The notes below the pieces were generated by a model. The model did no database searches, was not told the origin of the DNA, and was given only the letters and a program-made list of their open reading frames with translations. Position numbers and translations under genes: made by a program. Positions 35,241 to 48,745 of a DNA stretch of 64,000 bases are shown in pieces (position 1 is the stretch's first letter; every line of letters starts with the position of its first letter). Source of the DNA: Lama guanicoe (lineage: Eukaryota); assembly GCA_013239625.1 (NCBI GenBank), contig MU055609.1, forward strand, positions 7,858,408 through 7,922,407, given 5' to 3'.

Positions 35241-36589
35241 TTTTAGAAGCCAGAACTTTCTAAGGGGATCTATATATCCTCTCACAGAGTGGTTTGGGTA
35301 GAAAATCTTCATCTTGGATTCTTATCTCTTTGCCACTTCCCACCCCTCAATCCTCCCACTGGATATTTAGAACTTCTTGTAAACTTCACAGGATCAAGAT
35401 GCATTGAGATCTGTAGGAGGTGTTGGAGGAAAAGGGGGGACTGGGATGGTAAAAATCAGGGCAACAAAAATACCTATGATGTCATTTACCCCGACTTCTG
35501 AACCAGCAGCAGCAGCCTTTCAACTTGCCTGGCGTGATACCTCAGCTCTCCTAGCCCGTATTATCACTTAACCCCAAATGTAGGCCTCAGAGGGTCTCCC
35601 ATTAGAGCCATCCCCAATTCTTCCCCACCTCCCCACAGCCCCATCTCTTCCTCCTNNNNNNNNNNNNNNNNNNNNNNNNNNNNNNNNNNNNNNNNNNNNN
35701 NNNNNNNNNNNNNNNNNNNNNNNNNNNNNNNNNNNNNNNNNNNNNNNNNNNNNNNNNNNNNNNNNNNNNNNNNNNNNNNNNNNNNNNNNNNNNNNNNNNN
35801 NNNNNNNNNNNNNNNNNNNNNNNNNNNNNNNNNNNTAAACACTGCTACCAAATGAGGGCAAATATCTCTGGTCTCTCTATATTTCCCTGCCTCATTCCCA
35901 TAAGTTCTCTGCAAATAAAATTCTTTTTCCCCTGAATTAAAAAAATAGATAATTATAAATTTATGCCTGAATTGTATTTCTGCTCTCAACCCATAAGCTT
36001 ATTCTTTAAGCTCAGATGNNNNNNNNNNNNNNNNNNNNNNNNNNNNNNNNNNNNNNNNNNNNNNNNNNNNNNNNNNNNNNNNNNNNNNNNNNNNNNNNNN
36101 NNNNNNNNNNNNNNNNNNNNNNNNNNNNNNNNNNNNNNNNNNNNNNNNNNNNNNNNNNNNNNNNNNNNNNNNNNNNNNNNNNNNNNNNNNNNNNNNNNNN
36201 NNNNNNNNNNNNNNNNNNNNNNNNNNNNNNACTCTAGTTCTAAAGGAACTCTTTTGAAAAGGTGATTAATAACATTCACTAATATAGCTGGTAGAGTCCC
36301 TATTTAGAAGGTAAGGCTACACCAAAAATATATTTTCTATACAAGAGTGGGAGGAAGAATCATATGGTTAACTGGTTTTAATTTGGTTTGAATTATCATC
36401 CTATTATATAAAGATTATTCAGGAATCTAAATATTGGCTTTCTGAGAGCACATGCAATTCTGTTAAAGGATGGATGATCCGGGCTCTGAGATAAGATAAT
36501 CAAAGCCCTGGTCCTATTTGGAGACCTTGATAAAATTTCTCTGTTCTAGCTACTCTCCTTGAAACATACTAACTGTACCTATAAAAATA

Positions 36590-36760
36590 ACACCCCGCCT
36601 CAATTACTGAGAGACTGCTATGCTAGGCATCACGCTAGGCAGTATACATCCAGTCTCTCATTTAATCCTCACAATAAGCCCTGGGAGATAAGTATTATTT
36701 TTCAATTTTACAGAAGAGGAAATTATGTTTGAAGGGTTACGTGACATATTTTCAACAGTT
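36590..36760 (-). mobile_element. MIR SINE
   Basis: tctcatttaatcctcacaataagccctgggagataagtattatt...ttttacagaagaggaaa. Confidence 0.78.
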
Positions 36761-37637
36761 ATTTTAGCTTTATGATTTTGCAAAATACTTAATATACATG
36801 AGGGGCAAATTTGCAAGAGAATTAGAAGAATTGGAGAATATATATAGATACATGCACACAAATACACTGGATCCTATGATTTAAAATCAAGATAATATAT
36901 CTCCTCATTTTAATTACAGAATTTCCTTTTTTCTTATTTAGGCCAGCTGCTCTTCAATTAAACCATCCAGAGACAGGGAAACAAAAGCCAACACTCAAAA
37001 ATGACAAACACTCAAAGTTGAGCATGAACGACTTTAGGAGTGCAGCATCAGAGAGCAGTAGCTTCACTGCCATCAGGAAGTAGTCCAGCGTTCTTCCAAG
37101 AAAACATCCTCACTTCCAGAAAGGTTACAGGGAAACACCCGCAGCACCAGCCCCAAAGAATTACAGCGTCAGCATCTGGCAAACATTAGGTCCTCAATGA
37201 ATGGCTATCGGTTAGAAAAAAAATCAGAACCTAAAAATTTCAAGTATGAAGTATGGGGTTCTGTTTCACTTTCAAGTAAAAAGTCTCTGACTTCTCAGAG
37301 TATCTTCAAAACAAACAAATAAATAAAATAAAATACCTTCATTCAGCATCTCCCTCCTATTGCGGTGTAATTTTATTTCAGGATAATCTGCTATCCTTAG
37401 GCCTATTTCTCCCCAGCGACAATGGGGCAGTTGTGACCTCCTTTCACAAGTCCACAATGGCCCCCTTTAAAACACTGTCTCAGACACATGGAAGAGCATT
37501 GGACACACACAAACCAAATGTTTGAGAGGGAAGGAATACATAGATAAAAGGGCAGAGGGCAGAGCTGAGAACTAAAGAACAAAGGGTAGAGATGGCTGAT
37601 TAGGAATAAAAGGAGATACAACCAAAGGATCATTTCA

Positions 37638-38108
<471 letters not shown>

Positions 38109-38839
38109 CTAAATAAAAATAAAAATATTAAGCCTTTTGATATCTCAAAGATACAAAGTCTCTTTCAAGATTTTATTTTATTTTTTGAACAGAAAGAGAA
38201 CAAGATAAAGCAAGATGGAGCAAAAGAGACGGGGTTGTGANNNNNNNNNNNNNNNNNNNNNNNNNNNNNNNNNNNNNNNNNNNNNNNNNNNNNNNNNNNN
38301 NNNNNNNNNNNNNNNNNNNNNNNNNNNNNNNNNNNNNNNNNNNNNNNNNNNNNNNNNNNNNNNNNNNNNNNNNNNNNNNNNNNNNNNNNNNNNNNNNNNN
38401 NNNNNNNNNNNNNNNNNNNNNNNNNNNNNNNNNNNNNNNNNNNNNNNNNNNNNNNNNNNNNNNNNNNNNNNNNNNNNNNNNNNNNNNNNNNNNNNNNNNN
38501 NNNNNNNNNNNNNNNNNNNNNNNNNNNNNNNNNNNNNNNNNNNNNNNNNNNNNNNNNNNNNNNNGACATTAAATTAAGGGGGGCTGTTCCATATGGGAAG
38601 GATTTAGATTTTCACTGATGCTGAATACTGATCAAACTTCAGATTTCATAAGCTCATGCTGGGGAGCTACAAAGTTATCTAATGATTTTTCTCCCCAGCC
38701 ACTCTGTTGTTTTTCCTGGACCTCTAATAAAAACTAAAAACACAAAGGAAAGGTTCCCTCTAGGTCTCTACCTTAGGTCTAGCACAATCCCAGGTTGTCT
38801 TCTCACACATTACTCAAAAAGGACTTCCTCTGTACTTCA

Positions 38840-39180
38840 ATAGTTAATTAAACAAACATATACGAATGTGTGAACTGCCCTAGGCAGCACGCATGGGGAT
38901 AGAGATAAGTCTTAGTCTCTACCCACAAGAAGCTTACAGTCTGTAGAGGACACAGACAGGCAAATGATTATATTAGGACAGCGGGCATGTGGTGGGGGAG
39001 CAACTAATTCTGCTTACAGTATAGGGGCAATCAGGGGAAGTCCCGAGAAGATGATGCCAGAAGGTTTTACATGAAAAATGGGTTTAAGCTCATGGAACCA
39101 GGTCATAAAGATGTCCTGCATTGTACGACCAACAGAGAATCACGAAACTGCAGAGCACAGAGGCACTTAAGGGAATAAAA
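38840..39180 (-). mobile_element. L2 fragment
   Basis: aacaaacatatacgaatg...ctaggcagc...gtctctacccacaagaagcttacagtctg. Confidence 0.6.
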
Positions 39181-39419
39181 TTCAGTTCAAAATCCTCATG
39201 TTTGAGATGAATTTCAGAGACATCCAGCAACTTCTTTGTCACCACAGGAAAGTAGGGCAAAGTCTGGGCCTGCACCTGGTTTTCCTGGCCCCAAATGCAG
39301 CCCCAAAGTCCCAATTTTCCATTCTATCCTAGCACCACCCCTTATGTGTCCCTCCTGATGTGGCTTCTGCTGCCTGTGAAATCGATCATCAGTGCCTTGG
39401 AAATGCAATCGTGCTCTGC

Positions 39420-39720
39420 CATTCCAGAGTTGTGTGACCTTGGGTAAGGAACTTGAACTCTCGGAACCTTAGTTTTCCTCATTTGAAAAGGGAGAACAAT
39501 ATGCTGTTTGCCTCGCAAGATGGTAAGAAGGATCTGATGTCATGATGTATGTGAAGTGCCCAAACAGCAGTGGGAAGACAACCATGATCAGAGATACTTA
39601 TTAAGGTCACTCTGCCAATCACGTGATGTGACTTCTCTCACTGACTCCCCGCAAGAAGGCATATTCTAATATTCTCTACATTTTGTAGACGATGAAACCA
39701 AGGTTTAGCAGATATCTGAT
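39420..39720. mobile_element. Adjacent inverted MIR pair (+ 39420-39570, - 39580-39720)
   Basis: tgtgtgaccttgggtaaggaacttgaactctcggaaccttagttttcctcatttg; cattttgtagacgatgaaaccaaggtttag. Confidence 0.7.
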
Positions 39721-39779
39721 TACTAGTAGCTTCCATTATTATTATGATTTGGCTGCTCAGAGAATTTGGGGGAGATAAG

Positions 39780-40435
39780 TATTTTTATTTAATATGTATG
39801 TAGTACAGTGTATAAATCTTAAGGGTACAACTCAAGGAATGTTTACAAAGTGAGCACAACTCACACCTGAGTGACCTTTCAGATCACGATATAGAACCTG
39901 ACCAGCACTCCAGAAGCCCTTCTTATGTCCCCACCCCAGTCATTCACACCACCCCCCAAAGGTAACCACTCTTCTGACTTCTCATCCACAAATTTATCTG
40001 ATCTGTTTTTGAATTTTATATACATGGAATCACACAACACGTACTCTCTCATGTTTTTTCACACATTACGTCTGGGTGTCACCCATGCTGTGAGATGCAG
40101 GCTGTTCTCCACTGCTGCAGAGAATTCCACTGTATGCAAATACCATGCTTTATTTATCTCTTCTACCTTGATGTGTATTTGGGTTCTTTCTAGTTTCTAA
40201 TTGTGATAGATATTGCTGCTATGAGCATTATCTATACACACGCAGTTCTGCTGGGAATACTCCTGGGTGTATTCTGCTTTAGTAGACACTGTCAAAAGTT
40301 TTTCTAAGTAGCTGTACCAACTGACACTCCCACCAGCCGAGTATGAAAGTTCTAGTTGTTGCTCATCCTCATCAACATTCAGAGACTGGTTTTGTTTTCA
40401 TTCTGTTTTGTTTTCTGCTTATTTTCTCATCTGAA
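39780..40435 (-). mobile_element. Old L1 (L1MC/MD-like) 3' UTR
   Basis: aatcttaagggtacaactcaa...ccagcactccagaagccc...ggtaaccactcttctgacttct...tttgaattttatatacatggaatca...cactcccaccagc. Confidence 0.82.
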
Positions 40436-40700
40436 GCATAGTGGTATTAAAAAAAAAAAGGAATGAGTTTTTAGTCAAGGGAACAGCTGATCTAAAATTC
40501 TAGATCTATTACTTACTAGCTCTGTGATCTCAAGCAGGTTCTTTCAATACTCTTAAGCCTCAGCTTCCTCTTTGTAAACTGGAATAAGGCCTATCGCAGA
40601 AGGTTATAAGGTTATATCTATCTATCTATCTATCTGTCTGTCTATCTACCTAAAGTGCCTAGAACATCAAGTGACTGTAAGTATCATTACTATTATTCCT
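40435..40700 (+). mobile_element. MIR SINE containing a (CTAT)n/(CTGT)n microsatellite at about 40617-40650
   Basis: acttactagctctgtgatctcaagcagg...aagcctcagcttcctctttgtaaactgg. Confidence 0.75.
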
Positions 40701-43700
40701 CATCATGCCCTACACAGGTGACTGTTACTCTAACTGTTTTTCCTTCTGATAATCACAAATGGGAAACGAAATCAAAATAAAAAAGAAGTCTCAAGAGGAG
40801 GCAGGGAAATAAGGTAGACTGAAGAGGGTGGGGAGCTTCTATGATTCTTTACCAAGAACCATCTTGGCTTCAGGTCAACTGTGGGATTGTGTTAGGCTGG
40901 CCCAGAAAGCAAGGCGAAAGCAAAGAGATCCCTGGAAGAAGCTTAAATCAAGCTGCCCTCAGCACTGATAGAAACTGCACCCAGTAATGCCTATTCAGCG
41001 GCTCTGCCCTTGAGGCCAGGGTCCAGGAAAGAATGAGGGCGACGGGCCCAGGGGAGAGGGTCATGCTAATGGAGATGTTACAGAGCATCTTCCCCACTCC
41101 TGGCTGGGAGGCAGGTTTCTGCCAAGCCGTCGGGCCTCCTGGGTCTGCAGGGCCTCCACTCGCCGTGTTGCCTCTCTGCTTCACTGAGTTAGGTGACCAG
41201 GCAACAAACACAAGAAGCACTGCCAACTCAACAAGGAAGCTGAAAGACAGAATCTATCCACTTCAGGAGGCTCGGCTGGCAGAACCACAGAGCTGCCCAA
41301 CTACTACATTTCACCTTAATGTCAAAAAAGCCCATCCCACAATCTACAGAACACGTTCCCTGCTCCACCTTCTTAGGTTCCCCTTCTTGCAGCCCCTGGT
41401 CAAACACCTAGAAAATATCCAGCACTGAGGCAGCTATGGGTGTTAATGATGGGGTACAAAGAAAGTCAGTCGTACCTAACCAAGCACGCTGAGTTCTGTG
41501 CAACCAAGACTATTAAAGGTCACTTGACAGCTGGGTTCATTTTGTTTGTTTGTTTGTTTACTGGATGCTTGACTCATAGACACAGTGGTGAAAGTCAGCA
41601 CTTGTCCTTGCGAATGTTTCACAGGTCTCCCTGCTCTGGAAGACCTAGGAAGTATCAAGTCTGCAGCAAAGAAATTTCAGTTCCCTAATCAGCTTTCTGG
41701 ATCTCCTTATATCCTATGTGGATTTCCTAATTTATGTGGACTCCTGGAGTTGAGCCCCATCTGAACATCAGACAACCCAAAGTGGCCCAAACCTTTGAAA
41801 AGGAGCCATGAGATGCAATGTTCAGTAGTGGGCCACTTCAACAGACCAAGCCTATAATTTAGGTCGAGTCATTCTCGTCCCGTGGAGATGGAGCTCTTCA
41901 CACACACTACCCAGTTATCCTTCTGTGGCCTCAGAAAGAACTGAGGAAGATGCACAGAGTTTTCTCAATAAAAATGTACAGCTCTAAAGCTGAGAAACAT
42001 TTGCCAATGTGTTAATATACATCGTGCAATAAGACCCGTCGCTAGTCTTACTGATGCATCCCAATATGCAAGACAGGCTTAAAAAAAGAATCAGAAATGT
42101 AAAATGTCAGAATCAAATCCGACATACAAGTGAACCAAGAGGATTTTAAAACATTATTTGGAAAATAAGAGAAGTTGCCGAGATGTAAATATATCAAATC
42201 CAAGAATAGGAAATGACAGCATTTAAAGTGATGTGATAGATCTTAAAGAGAAGACACCTGTAATCTCTACTTGGGAAACAGACCAGAGTAAACATGAGTA
42301 TTAGACAGAACAATATCCTCCAGTAAGTTCTGAGGTGGCTCAGCAAATCAGAACACTTGCTTCCCAGGCTAAGGCCTTTAATATTGTAACAGCACAATGT
42401 TCATTGCAAATAAATATATCAGTTACTCAAGTGTACACATGCACTTTAATGAAACATTCTGTGTGGGTCTCACAGCCAACTTCATAGCTGACCAGGTTTC
42501 AAACCCTTGACTTGCCTTCCTTCCCACTTATGAATGGCAATTCAGAACAGAATTACAGTCAGCCTCCAGGATAGAGCACTGAGGAGGTTCAGTTGACTTC
42601 AAACTCTAATGGTTGTACAAAGCACTGCATTAAATCTTTTATGTTCCCATGATATATTTTAAGAAACATTATACAGGCAGAAAATTTCAGGGATAAACTA
42701 TTAGAGCAGTGCACAATAATGGAGGCACTCAAATCCTGTCATTGTAAATGTCGATGGTTTGAATGACTAATTACTCACACTCAACACATTAATCTCACCC
42801 CTCCCACTATATTTTTTTTTTCTGCAAAATATACAACAAAAGCAGGAGGGAAGGCCTCAGGCAAGCAGCTGCTGGATCAACATTCAGGGTCATTTATCTC
42901 TGCAGAGGGTGAGCAGGGTATGATGCAGAGGCTGGGTCCGCCTCTTTCTCAGGATGCTCCTGAAAAAAAGAGCCAACCCTCTCTGCCCTTCATGGCAACT
43001 CCATTGCCAAAATCCTGGGTTCTAAACAATGGTCCTAATTAGCTGTTCAATCACATCTTTGTTATTGCCCGCCCAAGGTATCTGTTATTCCACTTCTTGG
43101 GCATGCCAGGTCATATGCATAAAAAGGATTTATTTCCACAATGGCTAGATCTGGGAACCTTAGACGAACAGAGATGGAGCCCTGGAGTGCCAGGCACTGT
43201 GCGAAGTCCTGGGGATACAGAGACAACAAAGATGAGAAGCTGGCCTTCATGAGTTCACAGTGTGGATGCATGACAGGTAACAGAGAACATGAGGGACCAC
43301 AGAGCCCAATCCCCTGTCATTTTAATGAGGAAACTGAGGACCAGAAAGGAGAAATGACTTGCCCAAGGTCATAGTGCTAATAAGAGGCAAAAATGGGACT
43401 TGAGCTCAGGCCTACAGACTACCTCACTTTAATATTCTTGTGACAATGCAGATATGAACATTTGGATGAAGGTTTACTTCTACTTCTTTTCAGGGAGGGT
43501 AGGAAGGTGGCCATATCATAGAAGTGCATTTGAATATAGGTGTGGAGGCCTATTTCCTTACTTTTCTGAGTACAGTACTTTACAGTCCACAAAGAATGGC
43601 AACCTGAACTCTGAGCTCCATGGTACAGAGACCACATCTGCTTTGTTTATAACAGTATCTGTATATAGGACAGGGCCTGAGAATTGGTAGGTTCTGCATA

Positions 43701-43914
43701 GAGAATTGTTGAATAAATGAAACTCCTCGGAGGTCCAATAGTTTGCTAGATCCCTCAAACAACCCTGTGAAGTACAAGCCAAAAAGGTATTAATGTCATC
43801 CCCATGTTACATACAACAGAAGAGGACAGAATACTTACTGAGTACCTATTATATGGCAGGCATACGTTTAGATGTTATTTCAAATGCAGATTTTAAGAGG
43901 CATTCATTTAAGTA

Positions 43915-44055
43915 GGAGGGCTGAAGCTTTGGCTGACATGGATCCTGTAGAGAACCTGGTGAATGCCTTTGCCCTTTCTCCCCAGAAAAATTTACATGCG
44001 CACAAAATTTTATGCACACTAAAGTCAATCCTTTGTCTCAGGTTGAAATCCCCCA
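43915..44055 (+). mobile_element. Charlie4z-like hAT DNA transposon
   Basis: catggatcctgtagagaacctggtgaatgc...tctccccagaaaaatttacatgcgcacaaaatttt...caggttgaaatcccc. Confidence 0.65.
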
Positions 44056-47000
44056 ATTGATTCTAGTAGTAGCCATATAATCAAAGAGCAAAAATTTCCC
44101 TTCCTTCCCAAATCACTCTTTTCATGTAATTTCTTGTCCTCAGAATTCATTCATTCATTAAAACAAATATTTATTGCTGAAGGGTCCACATGTCAGAGGA
44201 CAGACCAAGCACGTCCTGTGGCTAGAAAGTGTATTAAGTGAGACCATTCTAAAATTCTAAAAAGTACTTAAAGCCTCCTTTAATATTTCTTCCATTGGCT
44301 CATGAATCCCTTACAGCTCTGTCTTCACTAGGCTTCCATGTGCTGAAGTTTGGGGTAAGTCAGGTTAGAGTTACAGGACTGGTCCTTCTCACAACCGAGG
44401 AAATCATTATTTGGGGCCCCAGAGAGCCCCAACAGAGGTCCTACCATAGCCCCCTCACCCATCCTGTCCACCACACCACATCATGGCCTTGCTCCAGTAT
44501 TATCCTCAAAAATGAAACTCTGACAATAAACTGTATGGTCTTGCATTTCCATAAGTTAACCTAGTTTACACTTTCAGTATTTACTTCACAAGGCAAATAA
44601 AAGTTTATGACTTTATACTACAGGAACCTGCACCAATGTAGGAACTCACTACTGACATTCATCATCCCAGAGCCCAGCGCAGGGCCCTGTACGCCCAGCC
44701 CGCCGCTCTAGGCTTTCCTCAACTTGTGATTTTTCTAGGGGAGGAGTGTCCTCGATACTCAATTCAGGCAAAACGATCAAGAAAAAAGAACCTGGGGGGG
44801 GTCATAGGAATACGATGTTTCTTTTCCAAATTCCCTCCCCTCTACTTTCAGTACCCTCAAATGTCAGCATTCCCGGAAACTAGAAAAGATGCTAAAGGAA
44901 TGAATTGATTGCAAACATGTCTCAGGTGTGCACATCCGAGACACACACATGTATTTTATTAAATATTTTAATAAGTATTTACAGGTGTTTTCTTTTACTA
45001 TGTTGGAAGGACTTTTGAAAATGTATGTATAAAGGCTAAGCCTTATGTAATAGAACAAGCNNNNNNNNNNNNNNNNNNNNNNNNNNNNNNNNNNNNNNNN
45101 NNNNNNNNNNNNNNNNNNNNNNNNNNNNNNNNNNNNNNNNNNNNNNNNNNNNNNNNNNNNNNNNNNNNNNNNNNNNNNNNNNNNNNNNNNNNCCCTTATA
45201 AAATCCTGACATGCAGTATGTTAGACTCTGGTAGAGCAGCCCCGACTACTGCATCTCACCCGCTTTTCAAAAGCCTGGAAAAACAAATCCCCAAAGTTAG
45301 AAAATTACACAGCAGGCTCTGTGTTCCTGAAGACAGACATTATTTTTAGGAATAATTCCTCACTTCTCTTCTTGCTCCTTGAAAGATACTAAAAATGTCC
45401 TTACAACCCCCCAATTTCATATTTCTTTAAAGTTTTGTCCATCAGCTCATAAAATCCATATTCTTCCTTCCTTCTTTTCAAAAGGCTTTAATTTGCTCAA
45501 GTCCCTTCAGATTAGCCTTTTTTTTTTCTAAGTGCAATGCTTTCCTGGTTATGATTCAACTGGGAAGGAGACACATGTTATTAACAGGGCCCAAGAGGAG
45601 AGGCTGAGATCTATGATCTGATCACTCTAGGAAAAGGGAACTGGGTAATACACCCCACCCTCAACCGAATTACAAGTAATGACTCACAAAGGTCCGCAGA
45701 CCAGGGGAATCTGTTGGAAGACTGCACTCATGTCTCTAAAAACCATTTGCACCAAGTTTCTGTAGATTCTGCTAGAAGGTAACTAAAAAACCCTCTGGAA
45801 AAAAAATTTAATTCCAACTGGGGAAAACATGTTGACAGTTTAATAATACCTTTGGGCAGATGCACAAATAACCTGAAAGACCTATTTACTCTAGGAAGTT
45901 ACATGGTAATAAATTCTCAGCATATCTTTAAAACAAGTGTATTCAATTCAAGATGAGTTTATTGAATGCCATTATAGACCAAGGCATTGTTCTAGGAATT
46001 GGGGAAACAAAAATAATTTGGTCCCTGCCCTTAAAGGGTTCAAGTTGAGAGGCTGGGAAAGGAGGGGAAGTAAACAAATAATTAAAATCAATCATATACA
46101 CACCCTTCTTTTAAGCAATTTCCTACAGAGTTTCTCTAATGATCCTCCTCCTCACCAAAAGCAAGTAAATGAAATTACACTCAAACTAGTCACTCGCCAT
46201 TCTGATAGTGAACTGACGGTCCTGTTTCTGGTCTAAATGCTTACGTCCTAAATGAATGACTATTTGTAACAATGAAGTAAGCTTGAGGCATTACTCCTTT
46301 GAAACAGCATCTTCTTTACTGGAGAGGAACACCAGGCATGCCAAAAGTATTCTCAGTGGTGGTAGTCGGGGCTTTTAAAAAATCAGCAGCCGCTGCAGAG
46401 AATAAGAGGTATTAATACTTAAAATAGCAGGGCCAGCGTTTAAATGAAAAGCATAATCAAAGTTTAATTTCTCTTAGGCATTATTCTCAAATTCACAGAA
46501 ATTCAAGCTTTTAATCTTCTTCCCCAGACACATCACATACATTTCTCCTCCTAAGTAAATACTGGCCTCCTTTATATCTTACAGTGTTTCTTCAGGGATT
46601 CAGCTTGGGCCTAAAATGATCTCCTGTTGTGCCCATCTTGGGGCAGTCCTGGTATAACCTCTGAATATTTGGTTTTAACAGATTTTTACAGCAAACTCTC
46701 CAAAGCTGAAGGGATTGTTTGATCATCCAGTTCATTATAAAGATGGGAAATCTTCCAACCGCACCCCCTCCACCTCCTATTCCATCTTCTTTTCTAAAAT
46801 GGCCAATAAATAAATACAACCCCAAACTTTCAATAAGCTTTCTTTGTTAAAGGCATATTTGAAAAAGATAAATGTTTTCATTTTTATGTAAATACAATTT
46901 TGTGGGCAAGCTCTCAGGCTTCCTGTAAAAATATCAGCTCTAATAAAAAAAAAATCAATTGGAAAACAATTCCTTTCCCATTCTACTCCCTAAGGCCCCA

Positions 47001-47959
47001 AACTCTGAATGTTTAATGTAGACAAAATAACAAAAATGCCTAATAATAAGCTACAGGTATCTGCTGGGATGGGAACCAGTTGTGATGGTATATATGTATC
47101 TTCAACTTCCATACCAAGAACATTAATGAACCACTTATTAAACTGCCCACAGACTCATTAAGTAAGACTTATCTTCTGATTAAATGCATAAACAACAGCC
47201 AATGGCACAATTCATGTAAACTAAATACTGTATATTTATAAAATGCCTGGCTAGTGGCTCAGAATGTGAGCGAACTCACTGAGATTCAGCTGTAAACAGC
47301 AACATGTTATCTATATGATGATCTAAAGAATTTGGGTGTCTCTGAATTTAAGTTTTGTGCACACTCAGATTAAATTCTTCAGAAATCTACATGAAATACT
47401 TTTTTATTTTAAAAATTAATACTTGTTTCTTAACAGAGCTAGAGTGGAGATGAGGAGAAGAGCAGAGGGGAGTAGACGGAAGCAGTACCTAGAAAAATCT
47501 ACATCCAGCAACCTTCTCTTTGTTAAGCAGAATTGTATAATGCCAACGGCGTTTCCAATTCAAAGGAGAATTATCTGGGGACATTCTGAAGCCAAAGATA
47601 GTGCGAGAAACAAAACAGTTCTCAGCATCTCAGTGTACGTGTAAGTGGCCAATGTTTAATTAGATCCATGGACAATTCACACAGCCTCATATTATATTTA
47701 TATGTTCATTAGTGAAAAGATCCTGAACATCAATCTGACAGAGCAGTTTTAAATTTGAAAATTACTTTATTACACTTGAAATTTTATTTTTAACCTCTTC
47801 CTTCACTGACTTCCTGGTTTTTTGTTTTTTGTTTGTTCTGTTTTTGTTTTTGTGTAAGAAAGAAATCTTAGAAAATAGGACTTTTTGACTGACAGAGGAG
47901 AACTTTATTCCTCAAACTACTTCAGAGAAGTAGTCTAGACTTCTGTTGCTCCTGGACAC

Positions 47960-48745
47960 CCACTGGGAAGGCAGATGTAAAACTGGACGTTAGCAAACCA
48001 GTGTTGGTGAGAATGCAGACCTGGGCTGGGAGGAGTGTGGCTTTGAATTATTTGTGGAGAAAATATTTACAGAGAACACAGATAGAAATTCAAGGCGGGA
48101 GGGTATAGCTCAGTGGTAGAGTGCATACTTAGCACGCACAAGGTCCTGAGTTCAATCCCCAGTACCTCCATAAAAAAAAAGAAAGAAAGAAATTCAAGGT
48201 TTGCAAGTGTTAAACATTAAGGTGCAGTGAAGTAGTCTCTTGTATCATTATTGATGAAAATATAAATTGGCACAAAATTTCTGAAACTTATGTTCATATT
48301 CTTGGACCCAAAGATCCGTTCAGAAGCTCAGAAAAGAATCCAAAATTCTGTAGATGAAAAGTATGCACAATAAGGTATACCAAGAAAAGTGTATCTAGAA
48401 GAATAAAAAAATAGAAACAACCTGAGGGCCTAGCAGGGAGGATGACTAAATAAGTTATGGTATAATTCTGATATAGTATTCTGCAACTGCTAAAATTATG
48501 TTTATAATGGGTTTTTATAACACGAGAAAAATGTTTGTAATCAATGTAGAAAAAAGGTAAAATAAAACTGATTATGTCAATTATACAAACATGCACAGAG
48601 GGAAAAATTAAAATGCTAATAATAAATGGTAGGATTAGAGGTGACTGTTATACTTGTCTCCATTTTTATTTTCCAAGTTTTCTGATGTTTTGTTTTACAA
48701 TGAAAATATAGCACTTTTATAATCTGAAAGGAAGTGATTTTTTGA
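47960..48745 (+). mobile_element. Old L1ME-like 3' region, interrupted by the SINE at 48096
   Basis: ccagtgttggtgagaatg...aaatataaattggcacaa...gaaacaacctga...aaataagttatggtata...ttttccaagttttct...tagcacttttataatctgaaa. Confidence 0.7.
48096..48187 (+). mobile_element. tRNA-derived camelid SINE (vic-1 type)
   Basis: gggagggtatagctcagtggtagagtgcatacttagcacgcacaaggtcctgagttcaatccccagtacctccat plus A-tail. TSD agaaattcaagg at 48084-48095 and 48188-48199. Confidence 0.92.

Noticed and set aside
48096-48170. tRNA gene (A and B boxes present); same for 15083-15189
   Set aside because: A-rich tail and TSDs, no clean cloverleaf or Pol III terminator. These are SINEs.
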